Shown piece by piece: positions 13,536-27,235 of a stretch of 64,000 bases of DNA. The DNA lies in assembly GCA_904063045.1 (NCBI GenBank), contig CAJFCJ010000023.1, positions 310,001 to 374,000 on the forward strand, given 5' to 3'. Each line of letters opens with the position of its first letter. The first letter of the stretch is position 1. Below the pieces are notes generated by a model. The model ran no database searches and was not told the DNA's origin. It was given only the letters and a program-made list of their open reading frames with translations. The position numbers were made by a program, and so were the translations under genes. Origin of the DNA: Dimorphilus gyrociliatus. Lineage: Eukaryota; Animalia; Annelida.

Positions 13536-14441
13536 GTATATGGAATTATATGTACGGCAGATAAATATATGTACAGTATATATGAAGCGAACGAACTAGC
13601 TCACAGACGTATAAATAAAGACAAATATAATGTGGTGTGTTTTTTTAATGTTTTTATTGTAAATATATAGAGAGTAATGTGGAAATTGTACATGAGTATA
13701 TAAACTCTTTTTATAAACTCCTTTATTCTTCTATTTATTAATTTACTACTGTTGATTTTATACATTTATTATTCATAAAAAATATCTCCTTACTGTTTCT
13801 TAGCTTATAACGTACTTTAGTCTCTCTCTCTCTCTCTCTCTCTCTCTTGGTACTTTCTTTTCACTTCAATATGTCGCTGTCCTAAGGATAGACATTCAAG
13901 AGAGAAATGTATGATATGCCATTTCCTCTCTTCACCGTACAGGTGGTAAACCTGTATAGAATTTGGCAGAGTGCCTAACCGCCTGTTTACGCTTTGAGGT
14001 CAAAATAAATCTAAAAGAGAAAAGGAAGCTTTTCTGTTTAATATCTAAAAAGTTCTATCTCTATCCCATCTATATCTTTACTTGTACCCCATCTTCTTCT
14101 CTTTTCCCCCTCGTTTCCCCTATCAGTCATATGCTCTCCCTTAATATTGTCGTTTAACATTTCCTTCGTTTTCTACTTTCCCTCTCTCTTTTTGTTTCCC
14201 CTTTACCACTTCTTTTACTCAATCCATCTCCAATATTCCCCCTAACCGGCCTCTTCTTAAAAAATAAATCAGACACATTTTTTACAGTTAACAACCTGCA
14301 AAATAAGATTGTTGATGAAAATCTAATATCGGCTTGCAGCAGGCGGCCAAACTTGTCATGCTGCCGTAATTGAATAGGCTTTACTGTGTGAGACTCTGTA
14401 AATGTAAAATAATGACAGGTGCGCTTTATAGCCTTATTATT

Positions 14442-14454
14442 TGCCATCTGGCGG
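14442..14454 (-). promoter_or_regulatory. CTCF-like motif
   Basis: Minus strand CCGCCAGATGGCA matches the CCDSYAGRKGGCR core. Confidence 0.45.
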
Positions 14455-17400
14455 ATATAACAAATATTAAAAATATTAATAATTTGATTTAAAAAAAAAT
14501 TCTAAATATAGCTAATCTCTAAGTATAAGAATGCTGCAAAAATAACATATTGTTCAAAAGCAAATTCATCACATTTTTAACAGAGAAATAAACGCTCTGA
14601 TCCGCATTCTCCCCCTCTATTTTATGCTATTCTTTGCTTCTTTACACTATTTACTCTGCCGACTTTAATAATAATAACTATACTATTAATAAAACAACGA
14701 TGCTAATGATAACGTTTACCGTTTTCTTTTTACTTCTTCTATTTAAAAGTTCTTACAGTATTTTTTTGTTATTTGTCCCTAAATAAGCGACACGATGGCC
14801 ATTGAACTTTTAGTGGATATAAAATTTAATATAATAGATATAGGACAATATTTAACATTTCAATGATATTAACTGATAATAGAGACTTCCTAGTGTTGAA
14901 TATGATACTGATATCGGTTCGTTTCCGTGGAGAGTAGAAAATCAAGCTAATTGTTGGTTGGAATGTTTACGAAACGAACCTCGAGTTACTTTTACATGTT
15001 GGAGAGGAGAAAAAGATTTATTTATGTCTAAGTGAACGATGAGAGTGATGGCTGAGATGGAAATGACAATAAGATGAAATCGAAAGGAGGAAAGAAGGGA
15101 AGGAGAAAAAACAGGAGAGCAGTAGAGTGTGTTTGGTAGATAGGCGTTCCATTTAGATGTATAGAGGAGTGGAAGGTGGTAAGATTGAATGCAAGAGAAA
15201 ATAAAGGAAAACGAGAAAGGAAGAGAAACAGTTTTAATGATTGATAGAAAGTAATAGGTAAATGAAAGACAAAACGGAAAAAAGGCGTTGGGATATTGAA
15301 AAATATAATAAAGTGTCACAGTAATCAAATGAAAGTTGTAATAATTAAGAATAATAAAGAGATAAATTCACTTTTAAATGCATCTCAGCGTCATCTGACG
15401 GTTTTAATAAAAAGAAGAAACAAAATTTCTTTCTCCCTGTAGAATTTTCGATGTCGCCGTCGTCTCCTCAGGCCGCGTATGAAGTTTTAAGACTAATATA
15501 GAATTAATTCTAATCAGCACGTTTGTACTCATTGACTCCACTGTTTATACTTTTATTTATTGGAATCACGATTATGTTCACGTAGAGAAAGACTGTTTAT
15601 CAATTAGTTTTCCACGAACAGAATATACCGACCCAAAATGGGGACAGTCTACTCTTTTTCCCTACTTTAACGCGTATGATTTACACTTGACATTACTTCT
15701 TACAACTTATTTAACCATCGTATTAAAATAAAACGAGAATAAAAGGAGGAAGAGAGGGAAAAAAGAGAGAAAAATGTGGCAAAAGAAAACGAATATGTTT
15801 ATATATGTACCGTATATACTGTATAATGTATATCAATAGACATCATATACGAATTATAAACATCCGCCTTTGAGGTATCAATGCTTAATTTATCCGTAAC
15901 AAATCATAATTAATATCTATAATGAAATCTATATTTAAAATTTTATAACAAACTCTATAACTCATAGAAATTATTTTAATATACCAAACCAATTAAGTAA
16001 AATTTATATATAAATATATATATATACATATAGAACGTTAAAATATGATTTATTCTCTTCTTTTCTTCCTGGAATCAATCAATCATTCTTTCTTCCTTTC
16101 CTCATTTTTTTCTTTTACTTTTTTCTTTAAAAAGGTCAAGGATATTAGTGAACATATGGCCTACGGATAATTAATATTTTTCAGTATATAATATTTCAAT
16201 GATCCTTCTCTTTACCTTAACTCTTTTTCTTCTTCCCTCTCCGCCCCCTCTCCTCCCTCTCCTCCTCCTTTTCCTTCTCTTCTTCTTCTTATTCTTCTTT
16301 CCTTTTTCTTCTTTCTTTGTCTATTTTTAGTCTTGTATCTGTAAAAAAGAAACGTTTTAAAATTCTTAGAAATATATTACTATTCGCATAAGTCTTTTAG
16401 CTTTGTCTTCACTCGTTTATCCTTGTTGTCCTAAAACATCTCCTCCTTTTTCTTGGCCTTTTCCTACCAGAAGTGTATCAGGTATTAATCATGAATTGAA
16501 GATGAACTAAGCGTTTATGTTACCCAATTACACGATACGCTATCAAGGTGACTACGAAGCAACATTACATCCATATATTTACTTCCTGGAAGCTTTGTCT
16601 AGTTCGATTGAGTAAACTCAGGTTTTTACTTTGGTCACTAATGAAGTCTTTTCGTGTGCTACTTTTTTATGAAATTAAAGATTTTAAATGAGTCACAAGA
16701 ATGTATTATTATAGCATCTTCAATACTCCTAGCGGATTTCAGCTTGAGGCGAAATATAAGAGTGGGGAGGTGAGAGTCGAATTAACGAAAAGATAAAGAT
16801 GATAAGTTTAAAAGCTACTTTTCTCGTTCAAATGATCTATATACTGGAAATATTTGTCCTTTTTATAGTTCTGATTTCCCTCTCACGAAACAATACTTAA
16901 TTACATTATCAAAGTGTCTATTAAAGTAAAAGCTACACATTGCAAGAGGAATATTTACCAGTTCTTTTACAAAAGTCGCACAATAATGGTTCCAGACAGA
17001 TTCTGTTTAGTAGAACTAGTCGTTACCGTCGTGGAAGTAGGTCATAATTGACAAATTGCAAAAATTATACAAAACAGAGAACACAAAAAATGTTCAACGC
17101 CGTATTAAAACAGTTGAGTGTTAGGATAAAGGGAAGCAAGATGAAGAAAGGAATGGGAGAAAAGAGAGAGAGAGAGCGAGAGGGAAAGTACGCAAATAGA
17201 AAAGAAGATGAGAGAAAACGAGAATAATCTAGCCCCGTATTTAACCAGAAAACTGGAAAATTATTTTGATCAGCAATTTTCCAGGTTATTCTGAGAAATG
17301 AATAATTAAAACACTCTTCGCCATTTCATGACAGGAATAAATATTTAATAATATTTTTCAAACAAAATTAAAAAATATCTTGGTTTTAGAATATTCATCA

Positions 17401-17981
17401 TATATAATTTTATAGCTTCTATTTTATACAGTATTTATTCAGATTATAATATAAATAAATACTATAAAACAATTAAGTCATCTTTACTTTTATGTCTTCT
17501 TCCTTCTTTCCTGTTTTCTGTTTCTTCCGTTAAAAATAATAAAGAGAAAATTTCAAGGATTCTGTCCAGAAATACAGAATTGGTACACTGGGTGCAAGTG
17601 ACGGATTAGCGACGGGAGGAAGGAGGGAGGGCCACATGAGGAAGATAATAGGATTAAATCAAACATTTTAATAAGTATATTTCGCAAAGGTAACGAGGAA
17701 AAGGAACAAAAGAGTAACGGTGGAGAAGGGGCGAGGCCGAAAATTGGGATAGAGAGGAGGAAGAGGAGAGGGGTAATGTAACAATCATATGAGGAAAGAA
17801 AAGCGAATTTCAACATATCAAGCATATATATGGATAAGGATTAGACTATTAATAAGAAATGTTGTTATAGTAACAATGATAGTATGAATGAGACGAAGAA
17901 TAAGAACATTAAAGGCGGAGGTTAATTAATTAGAATAGGCAAAGCTTGCGAAAAATAAAACAGATTTGATTGTTATTTTGT

Positions 17982-19340
17982 CTATAGAGCTGTATCAACA
18001 ACCGTGCTCCAGGTGTAGCTGTATTTATTACCGGAAGCTTTTTTAACTGTCAGAATTTTCATTTTGACGTTGGAACTTCCACTAAGACTTTCACTCCTAT
18101 TTGAATGGCAAGAATCAATACATTTTGAGAGGCTTCTCCGAAAACTCGAATTAACTGACACATAGAGTAGAAATGTACAACTAAAATTGATAGTCTGAAG
18201 TAAATTCAATAATAAGGAGAGCGTTTGAGACACTTGAAGATTCGAAATACCTGAGTCTATACAAAAATGAAAAATTTCTGATGGAGAAACTAAAAATATA
18301 TACATAACTACGAGGAAGATTAGAGTAAGATTTAAAGCATTTTTCTTTTCCTCTCCATTTCTTCCATTTCTGGAGGGCGCCGTGTGTACTCGTCTAAAAA
18401 TTTCGCTTTTCCTTATTGCTCTTATTAATTTCATATTGAAGAAAATCAGCAAGGACACAGGCAAAAAATAGCCTATAATAGCCCAGATGATTGTGCAAGC
18501 GAAGAGAATTTTTGAGTTTTCTTCCATGTTATGACATACGACTATAGGCAATAAAAGCATACTCCATATAATCGGTATAAGAACAACAGTAATTGACACT
18601 TTACGTCTTGTCACCCAATACGGTGATCTGATCCCGAAAAGAAGTTTTTTTTAAAGTATCAACGGATAAAGCATTACTTTTAATTATCTATTAATTTTCC
18701 CCCTTCTTTCTCCTCCCACAGGGTATCTTACACGTTTTAAAATTGTTTCCTACTTCTTTCATCCATCTTTCCCTCTACTAGATCATCATTCAAAAGAACT
18801 ATCGATGTTTTCGATTTCTAATCTTTGAGTTTGAGTGCTAAAAAGTTAATATTTAATTTAAACTAAACTTTATTCTCTCTTTGCCAATTTGCATTAGCTT
18901 ACCTAAATTCCTATTTATATTTAATAAAGTTAAGTCAGTCTAGGCATTAGCCATGTAAATACTATCCGTTCATACTTTAGAGGATGGCAAATTGCCAGAT
19001 ATCTCATGAATGATATAAGAAATGTATACCAAGTCGACGTCTTTATCCAAACTTCTAAATAGAAAGTTTGATATGTCGATAGTGCTAGTGAAAAATCTTG
19101 TAGATAAAACATTGGCAGAGTACCAATCGAAAACATTATATCACTAATAGCCAGGGCCGACATACCGAAAATCGAGCACCTTTCGCTGTAGCGATGCTGT
19201 TTTGAATCTAGTCTCATAATTCGAAGATTAACCAAGTTTCCAATGATTCCAAAAACTCCCAAAGAAGGTATTATAATATTTTTTAACAAGTTGTTAATTT
19301 CATCATATCTTGTATCGGAAAAAGGCGACGTTTTATTCAT
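17982..19340 (-). CDS. Rhodopsin-class GPCR, FMRFamide/sex-peptide/myosuppressin-receptor-like orphan (336 aa)
   Basis: Exons 18976-19340 and 17982-18627, with a 348-nt intron (aa|gtatga...atcag|a) giving CHPLK-SPYW. Seven hydrophobic segments; TM1 GIIGN, TM2 LAISD, TM3 STWYTFLISFMRYLAICHP, TM5 YFLP, TM7 NFSCTFLLY..NSSFR. Confidence 0.9.
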
Positions 19341-21997
19341 AACTGTCTGTATCTACGACAATTTCTAAACTGTGTCTGCTCAACGCACCAATCGCCAAAC
19401 AGCGCTCCTGCTGGTTCTAAAGTTTCCTACAAGAGGGCTAGAATATCTCGAAATGTCTATTCTCCTTCTTCCTAACTATACAACAAGCTATTCCGGTACT
19501 ATGCCTTTCTTTGTTAATTTGACCTTTCTCGTAGAACGGTTACAGTGTCTAGCTTTCCTCTACTCTTTCCTCCATTTTTACAGGTTGTTTTTTTTCCTTA
19601 GATCCAAAAAAAAATCATCTAAACCTCTCCTGTCGGCATTTCCGATAGGAGAAAAATTACACTAAACTCTCTATTTATCATTAATGTTTTTAGGAGATGG
19701 GAAAATATAACATCATCAGCCGAAAAACAAAAATGTCTTTACTTGCGTCGTTTCCCGTTACTCTTACTGTCGTTGTTGATTCTCTTTCCATACGCTTCGT
19801 AGCATAAACCGTACGGGCAATACCAGTGCAAAAACTCGATAATTACCAGGATTTTAGGTTATTGGCAGTAGTAATGTAAGTATTTGGGTGATGGTTACGG
19901 CTGTGATGATGGTGGTAGCGGAGATAGACGGGATAGAAGATATTTTTTTCTAGTTTTGAGATTGTACTTATTCTGCAATTAAGAGATATTTTTCGCTTTT
20001 GTAATCTTTAAAAAAAGACAATGGAGGAGGAATACACGCGGAAAGAAAAGGAAGAGAGAATGGGGCAAAGCGAAAGACAAGAGGGAGAGAACTACAATTT
20101 ATACGACTGGATAATCAGCAGCAAGAGTAGAATGAAGCTCTCGTGTATATATATGTAGCAAGTGCAATATACTATTGCGGTTGATAAATGAAACAATGAA
20201 AATTATTCATGACAAAGATTTAGAACGAAAGACAAAGGAAAAGAAGAATAAATAAAAGACTAAAAAAAAAAAAACACCATTTTTGCTCGATGGTCTTCAT
20301 ATGGTGAAATGTCAAATAATGAAAGGTTTCAAATCCTTTCTACATTAATCTAAACTTCCTTCTTTCTTTTTTATACAGTTTAAAGAGTGTTGTCATTTTT
20401 CTGGTACTTTTTTTTTTCGTATTTTCCCAACTAATTCCCTTTCTTTCAATTAATGAAAGACTCAACAAGTGTTATGTATATATATAAGTGAATGCTAGTT
20501 ATTTGTCTGTTCAGTTTATAGCTCTTTAGAAATTAGGGAAGTAATTGGATGGACTCTTTTTCCACTTATGACAAACGTTAAGCTCTTTTTATGGCTTTTT
20601 CCCTTCTCTTTTCTTTTTAAGTAAAAAACTAAGCGTCATAAGTGCAAGGAAAGATATTTTATAGGAAATGAAAGACTAGATATAGCGCATAAACTTGAAT
20701 AGAATGGAGTGACGTAAAAGAGAGAGAAAGAGAGAGAGATAGCTATACAATGATCTAAAGGAGAGTTTTTAAATGTAAATTTTGCTTGTATAAATAAATA
20801 GATTAATACTTTGGATATGAGTTATTAAGTTAGGCTATATCAATTAAACGCTCTTTGATTTCATATATAAAAGATAAGATCTGTGGCTATATAACAAATT
20901 AAAATGCTATTTTATTTCTTCTTTCGTTTCCCTCTCTCTTGTTACAACCTATTAACAATTCTATAAACAACTACTCGAAGAAATACCTGACCCAGTTGTT
21001 ACACTCTATTATAGATAAAAGTGATGAGCACTGAAAAATCATTCAAACATATATATAACATAAAGAAGTAATTATAGTATGTCTCTAATCTGTCTTTCCA
21101 AAGAAGACGACAAACGTTTAAATCAAACTCATCCGGTGTTTGTCAACGATTTTTAATGAAAATGTATACTCCATAAATATAAAGGATGTAAATTCTGCAT
21201 TTGGTCGTCGTCTTTCCCCTTCTAAGAGTTCATCAAGAAAATTTGATATGGCGTCTTTTATAGAGGTCGTGGACTTTTGTTTATTGCACAATTTAATGAC
21301 TTTTGCCATAAAGCAATTGTGAATGAAAACAATGATTATATCTATTTACGTAGGAAAATCACCGAAATACTATTTCTTGTAGTATCCTGACGGATTAATA
21401 TCTGTTCTTCTTATTTTTTTATTACATTTATTGTTAAACCTCTTTCTCATCTCATTCTCCTCTCTAAAAGAAAGTATATGTTGAACAATAACTAATCTAT
21501 ACCATACACTAACATATATTCGTAGATACCACCCACCACCCGTCGTCTCTCTCTGCGTTCTTTTTTACTCTCTTGATTTTAATCTTTCTCATTCCTTTCT
21601 TCCTACTCTTTCTATCCTCTCTATTCGCTTAATTAACTCTCATCTACCACTCATTGTTTGTTGATTAAAACAATTCGTAAGAACAAGAAGATTTTTGAAG
21701 ATTAATTGTAGATGAAATTTAGCTGAAACTCAAGCAAGCTTAATTAATTCGAAACGTCTAAAGATTAATTAATACTAGATAGGCTCGAATAAGTCAATGA
21801 TAAATGATTGGTTAGACGTAAAGAACGTTTTATCATTTATTATTTATCGATTGTTTAGTTGTTAATTATGATTAAAACTCTCATTGATAAATTACACTAA
21901 ATATCAACTTTATAGTGCTAGCCGCTCTTTTAGTTTCTGGTTCACAGGTCTTTTAAGTCCCTTTTCATACCTTTTTCTATCTTCACCGACCTTAAAG

Positions 21998-22320
21998 ATA
22001 AATGAGGAAAGCATTATTGCATTGAAAAAGGAACTTAGCGAAGGTTTAGGGAAGAAAAGTGAGAATAAATAATAAATTAATAATTTACTGGAGTTTTTTA
22101 CCTACAATCAGCCAAAATGAGCAAACTTGAATCAATTAATAACATCTTATCAAGGGAGAATATTTGGGTTAAATTGAGAAAGATAGAGTCTTCGTATTTA
22201 TATATAACAAACAGTATAAAGAGACGAAGAGAGGGAGAAAGATCATATATTCATATTTATTTTAATCGTCAATGCTTTATGTCATTTTTTGACAAAAAAA
22301 GAAGAAAAGTACAGTATTAA
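21998..22320 (+). CDS. Possible small plus-strand gene fragment with coiled-coil-like exons
   Basis: Exon 21998-22043 (INEESIIALKKELSE) joins in phase 1 across a 68-nt GT-AG intron to 22112 onward (AKMSKLESINNILSRENIW...). No start exon or homology identified. Confidence 0.25.
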
Positions 22321-22577
22321 AACACAAACGAAACGAAAAAAGTATTTATTTGTACATATATATCAATAATTTAAAAAAAGACGCCTATGATGCTTCTCAT
22401 TCTGGTAGCGTCTATATATCGACGCTTTAAATCATCATATGTATTGTAGAAAAGGAGAGAGATTAAATGATTATTTTGTTTATGAATTTAGAAAGAAATT
22501 CCTCATATTCTTCTTGTATAACATTTTTAATTTATGTACAAAAATTGAAGTCCAGTTTGTTTGTTTGTTTATTTTTA

Positions 22578-24276
22578 TTATATTCTTTCGCCCAAAGTGC
22601 CATCGTCCTTTTTCAAGCCCGAATGCAATTGGAAGTAATGCTGAGGGCAATAAGGTTGTTGATTTGGATGTTGAGGATGAATATTGCAGTCTGAGATATC
22701 TGAATATGTATGCTCCTCTTTACGTAAAGTTGGAATTGGAGGTAATGTATGCTGTTTGCATTTGGATTCTGAAGATATCCACGCTAAAGCTTCTTTTTTC
22801 AACCTTTTACCCTTTTGCCTAATAATTTGATCGTAATTTAGTTATTAATAGTAAGAGTTCATGACCCTCTTTCTAATTAACTTACCACTCTAAATAGACT
22901 AGACCAACAACTAGAATTATCACACCCAAAATAAGAGACGCCGCTATTATTAAAGCTATTAAAACACCTGAAAAAGTAAATGTGGTATCTTAATCAAATG
23001 GACTCTCTTTAAATTTACATAAATTAGCATTTCAATTATTACTCTTGTCAGTTTTGTAGTATTATTAATATAAATATTCCTATTTTCTCTTTTCCAACTG
23101 ACTATATCTTTTGTGCAATCTGTTTTTTATCTCTCTCTCTCTCTTTCCTTCTCATTTAAACGTTTTTACAACAACTACAAACCATGTGGGATCCCTCCTA
23201 ATTCACTTTTTGACCCAGCAGTTTCAGGGCAAGCTCTCTCTTCCGCTTTTGGTCCTACCCATATGCTGTTTTCGCATCTTAAGCTCCATCTAGCTTCTGT
23301 TGAATCATTACAACCTAACGCTAAATTTGTAGACAATTTTTTTAACCAGCCACCAGATGGAGCTTTTACTTCTGGACATGATCGGCGAGCTGGAAATGGA
23401 AGAATTCTGTACTACGGTGTTAACGGTTCAGAGTCACAGTTAAACAAAATAAAATAGACAAGAGATGGCGCTGCCTAAAAGCCGGTTGTACGGGAACGGA
23501 GGAAGGGAAGAGAACTAAAAAACTTACGCTCGTAGTAGATGAGGAATCGGCTGTTTTGTTTGCTAGGAGGAGTTATTTGATCAGCGATAAGTATATCAAC
23601 TGTATTCCACCGACTTCTCCAAAGTTCGGACGTCCTATTGGAACCTCCGCAAATTTCCTTTTCGAGGGAACCGTCTCGGACATGAGCATATCTAATGCAA
23701 TTTTTGGAGCGCGTATAATTGAATTTATCGGTCGCCAGATCAATCAAGCGCAAATGTAGATTATAACCCTCACGAGTTTTCAGCCGAAATGTGCAAGGGT
23801 ACCGGAAACCGTGGGTAAGGGAGGCGAGAATATAACCAGGACTGGAAACCTGCAACAACTGAGTTTCGCCGTTGAAAGAGCAAGTCGCGGCTGTAATGAT
23901 TTGTAATAGTTTTAAAGGCTGATTAGCGATCGATAAATGCGGCAACCGCCCTCCTACTGACCGCTTATGCATTCGTAATCCACTCCTAAAGCCATCCTTA
24001 ACCTCATATTGGTGCACGGCTTAGAAGAGTCGAGGCTCTCATCGGGAACGTTCACTTGGCACGTTTCCTGACCGGAGCAAAGCAAATCGAGTTTTGGTAG
24101 GACATTGGCAGTGCAGACGTCGTCTATTTCAATGTCGTCCATCTGAGGACATTCCGAGTTGTATAGCTGACCATATATAGCTGATCTAATTAACACGTAT
24201 TCCTTGTTAGCCGAATCACTCCGGGTGGAGGATTTACATTTCGGAGAGAATTCCTTTCCGGGACAAACGTATTCAG
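22578..24276 (-). CDS. Single-pass membrane protein: SUEL/rhamnose-binding lectin + CUB + sushi-like + TM + Tyr-motif tail (5' end unresolved)
   Basis: Exons 23962-24276 (lectin: C..A.YG...C...L...CSGQETC.V.V...PC...YEC), 23528-23890 (CUB: SSPGY, CTFRL, LRLID, ICG, FLIYY), 23183-23389 (CP...P.GGW...GC...W.L.C...W.G...C), 22886-22967 (TM VLIALIIAASLILGVIILVVGLVYL) and 22578-22818. All joins are phase-compatible. A candidate upstream exon lies at 25397-25467; no signal-peptide exon was found. Confidence 0.85.
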
Positions 24277-27188
24277 CTGTTAAAGAGACCGAAATATTAT
24301 AGAAATAATATACGACAAACTAAAATAAGAAAAAAAAGGTTCGAAGAATAGAATGGATGAGAAACAAAAGGGGAAGAAGAGCGAAACAGAGTGAGAGAGA
24401 GAAAAAAAGAGGAAAAAAAAGTGCAAACGAATCTTTGAGCCGGCTGCTAGGGATTTGTTTATTTAGACAGCTATCGGTATCTATTGGGAGGAAAAAGGGG
24501 TGCTGCGGTCGAATTAATGCTCTTTTGTTCGACTTCTCTTTAAATAGAAACGATTTTCGTGTCGCGAATCGGTCAGTTCTAATTTACATATTCGATAATC
24601 GTCCTGAGAACGAAGCATCTGTCTCCAGCTGGGGAATTGCTTAATGGGTGGACTGAGCAAATTCATGCAAGTCTCAAATCAGTTCTAATCATAGAGACGG
24701 GTGTTTTCTTTCAATTAAAAATGGGCGTGTTAGTATAGAAGTAGATACAAAATGTTTTTGTACACGTAAAATAATTTGTCACTAATCTTTTAATTAATCC
24801 ATAATTACTACGAAGTCAGGTTATATTTATATCGCATCAAATACTTTCTATATATTCTGGCTTAGCAATTCGCTATACATTAAATATTACTAACAAATTT
24901 CCCTTTGTCGTGTGAATCATAATCAACTTATACTTTTTATAAACGTCCGTACACGTATGATTTTATTCTATTTTCTTGCATTCTCTCTCTATCTCTCTCT
25001 CTCTCTCGCTATCACTCTCTTATTCTGTCTCTCTCTCCCGCTGCCATTCCCTTTCGCAATCAGACCACATTCCCTCTATATACATTAGTCTTTCCTCTAT
25101 TTTACTCCTGTTAGCTTTACTTAATTCTATAAATGAAGCCAACTCTTTATTATTTCTCCAAAATTTTTCCTTCCTCTCTTTTCTCTCTTTTCCTCTCAGC
25201 ACATCCCTATTTCTCTTTGTCTCTTTCCTTATTCTACGCTATCTCCTTATGTCAATAAAACTCTTAAACATTCCCCAGCTTCTTTTCTTAGCAATCAACT
25301 GAGTCTTTATTTGTTAATTACTTGCTGCATTCTCATCGCCTCTAATAGGCAAACAAAATTCACGAAGCGTGCTTTACGGAAAATGCTCTTCTTTACCCGA
25401 TATCAACCATCTGATGGATTCATTTTGATGATATTTTGCAAAGGCATTTCTTACGTTGGCAAATTGGCTAAAGGTAGATAATTAGAGGGGAAAAAGGGGA
25501 AGATAGCTGCATCATAATCAAGTAGAAATTGTAGAGTTCTTTCTTGACTCGAAGAAATAGAAGCAGGGATGCATTAAATTTCAAATGGAAAAGAAGGAGA
25601 GGAAAACAAATAGAGCTTACATTAAGAGAGGATGGAAGGGAGAAGGAATTAATGGTTGAATGAATGGATAAATGAATGAATTTAAGAACGAATGAATGAT
25701 TCTGTATATCTACCCAAAACAAAAATACGAGATGTACGTAAAGAAGATAGATAAGTTTAGAGTGAAAGATATACTGTATACTCAGTATACTTTATATAGA
25801 TATAAACAAGTAGGGTAGATAGATCCTTTAGTATTGCAGACAGTAAAGAAAGAAGTGGCGGATAAATAGCTTACATAATTGCGTATATTCAATGCATATA
25901 TCATACTCTTTACACTTGAAAACAGTACATTCTGCAGCACAGGATATAGCTAAAGATTCCTACAGAGAATAGATAACTATGAGAGAGACGTAGACAAAAA
26001 GACAGAGGGAGAGAGAGAGAGAGAGAGCGAACTCGCTTATGCCGGTTTTGTTCTATAGAATTTCTAATGCTAAAGTATAATGTATATAGTATTTTCGTTG
26101 TAATTAAATTTATTAAAATGTAGGTCGAGGATCTTATAACGACAAAGTCTAAAATTGGAAAGGATGTCATAAAAGGTACTCGACACGAAAAAATTCTCAA
26201 CAGCGTTCATTTTGAATGTCTTGTCATAAGCCCCATTCTAGATATAGGTTAGACTCATCAAATTAATCCCTATTATCTACAAAAAGACTTTATCCACTGT
26301 TCTTTCTATAGTTTTTTTTTAAAAAAAAAAAAGAGAGAAAAAGGAAAAAAATAAAAAGCAAAAAGTTGAAATGAATGAAAAGAAAAAAAACTCAACAAAA
26401 AAAAGAAAAAAACAAGAGAGAAATCAATAAAAAATTTTTGAAACAAAAATATTTCGTACCCTCATTTAAGCTTACAAATAGAACAAAGGATTCGATAGAA
26501 TATATAGTGAAAAAATCGGAATATTATCCTCATATGCGATTTTATCAAATAGGTTTATTTAAATTAAATATATACAGCTTATAAATTGTACATATAGAAT
26601 ATACGTTAAATATAAATTACATATATAATGTACTTTATATCATAGGCCATTAAATATAAATATTTCATATTCCGTGCTAATAATTATTTATATATTATCA
26701 ACCGTCACGATTTAACTTTATTAACAATATTACCTTATTAAATAACCCTTTTCTTTTTATTAATAATATCCTTCAGACGCCGCTTTAGACACTTTATTTT
26801 ATCAAGATCTTACTAAGTAGTGAATAAGCTTGCTACGCATGTATCGGCGCCTCTATGTGTATATATTTTAATGAATTAGAATATCTTACACAGATAATCA
26901 TATCCTATTTTAGTAATTTTTTATCATTCTCCTCTATTCCTTTTCATTTTATGAATTCTGAATGGTCAGGGATTTTGCAATGAAAACTGATTAAATTTAC
27001 TATCCGTCAAACTTGGCCTTTGCGCCACGCGTTCTCTTTCACTTCCGTTACTCACCATTTTCCATCTCTAACGGGCCTCTATGTTTTACTTCTACGAACG
27101 AATTACATACATACACAGAAGATGTTGGAGAGTATGAAGAGTTCATTTATTCCATTGTTTTCTTCAGTTGACATATAGAACGGTTTGT

Positions 27189-27197
<9 letters not shown>

Positions 27198-27231
<34 letters not shown>
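27198..27231. repeat. (GA)17 microsatellite preceded by a short (TG)n
   Basis: Direct reading. Confidence 0.95.

Positions 27232-27235
<4 letters not shown>

Noticed and set aside
17982-19340. GPCR split into two ORFs, suggesting a pseudogene
   Set aside because: A canonical 348-nt phase-2 intron restores an intact 336-aa frame.
21118-21322. Overlapping ORFs on both strands near 21.2 kb
   Set aside because: Both strands look equally plausible, with no recognisable domain and no confident splice partner.
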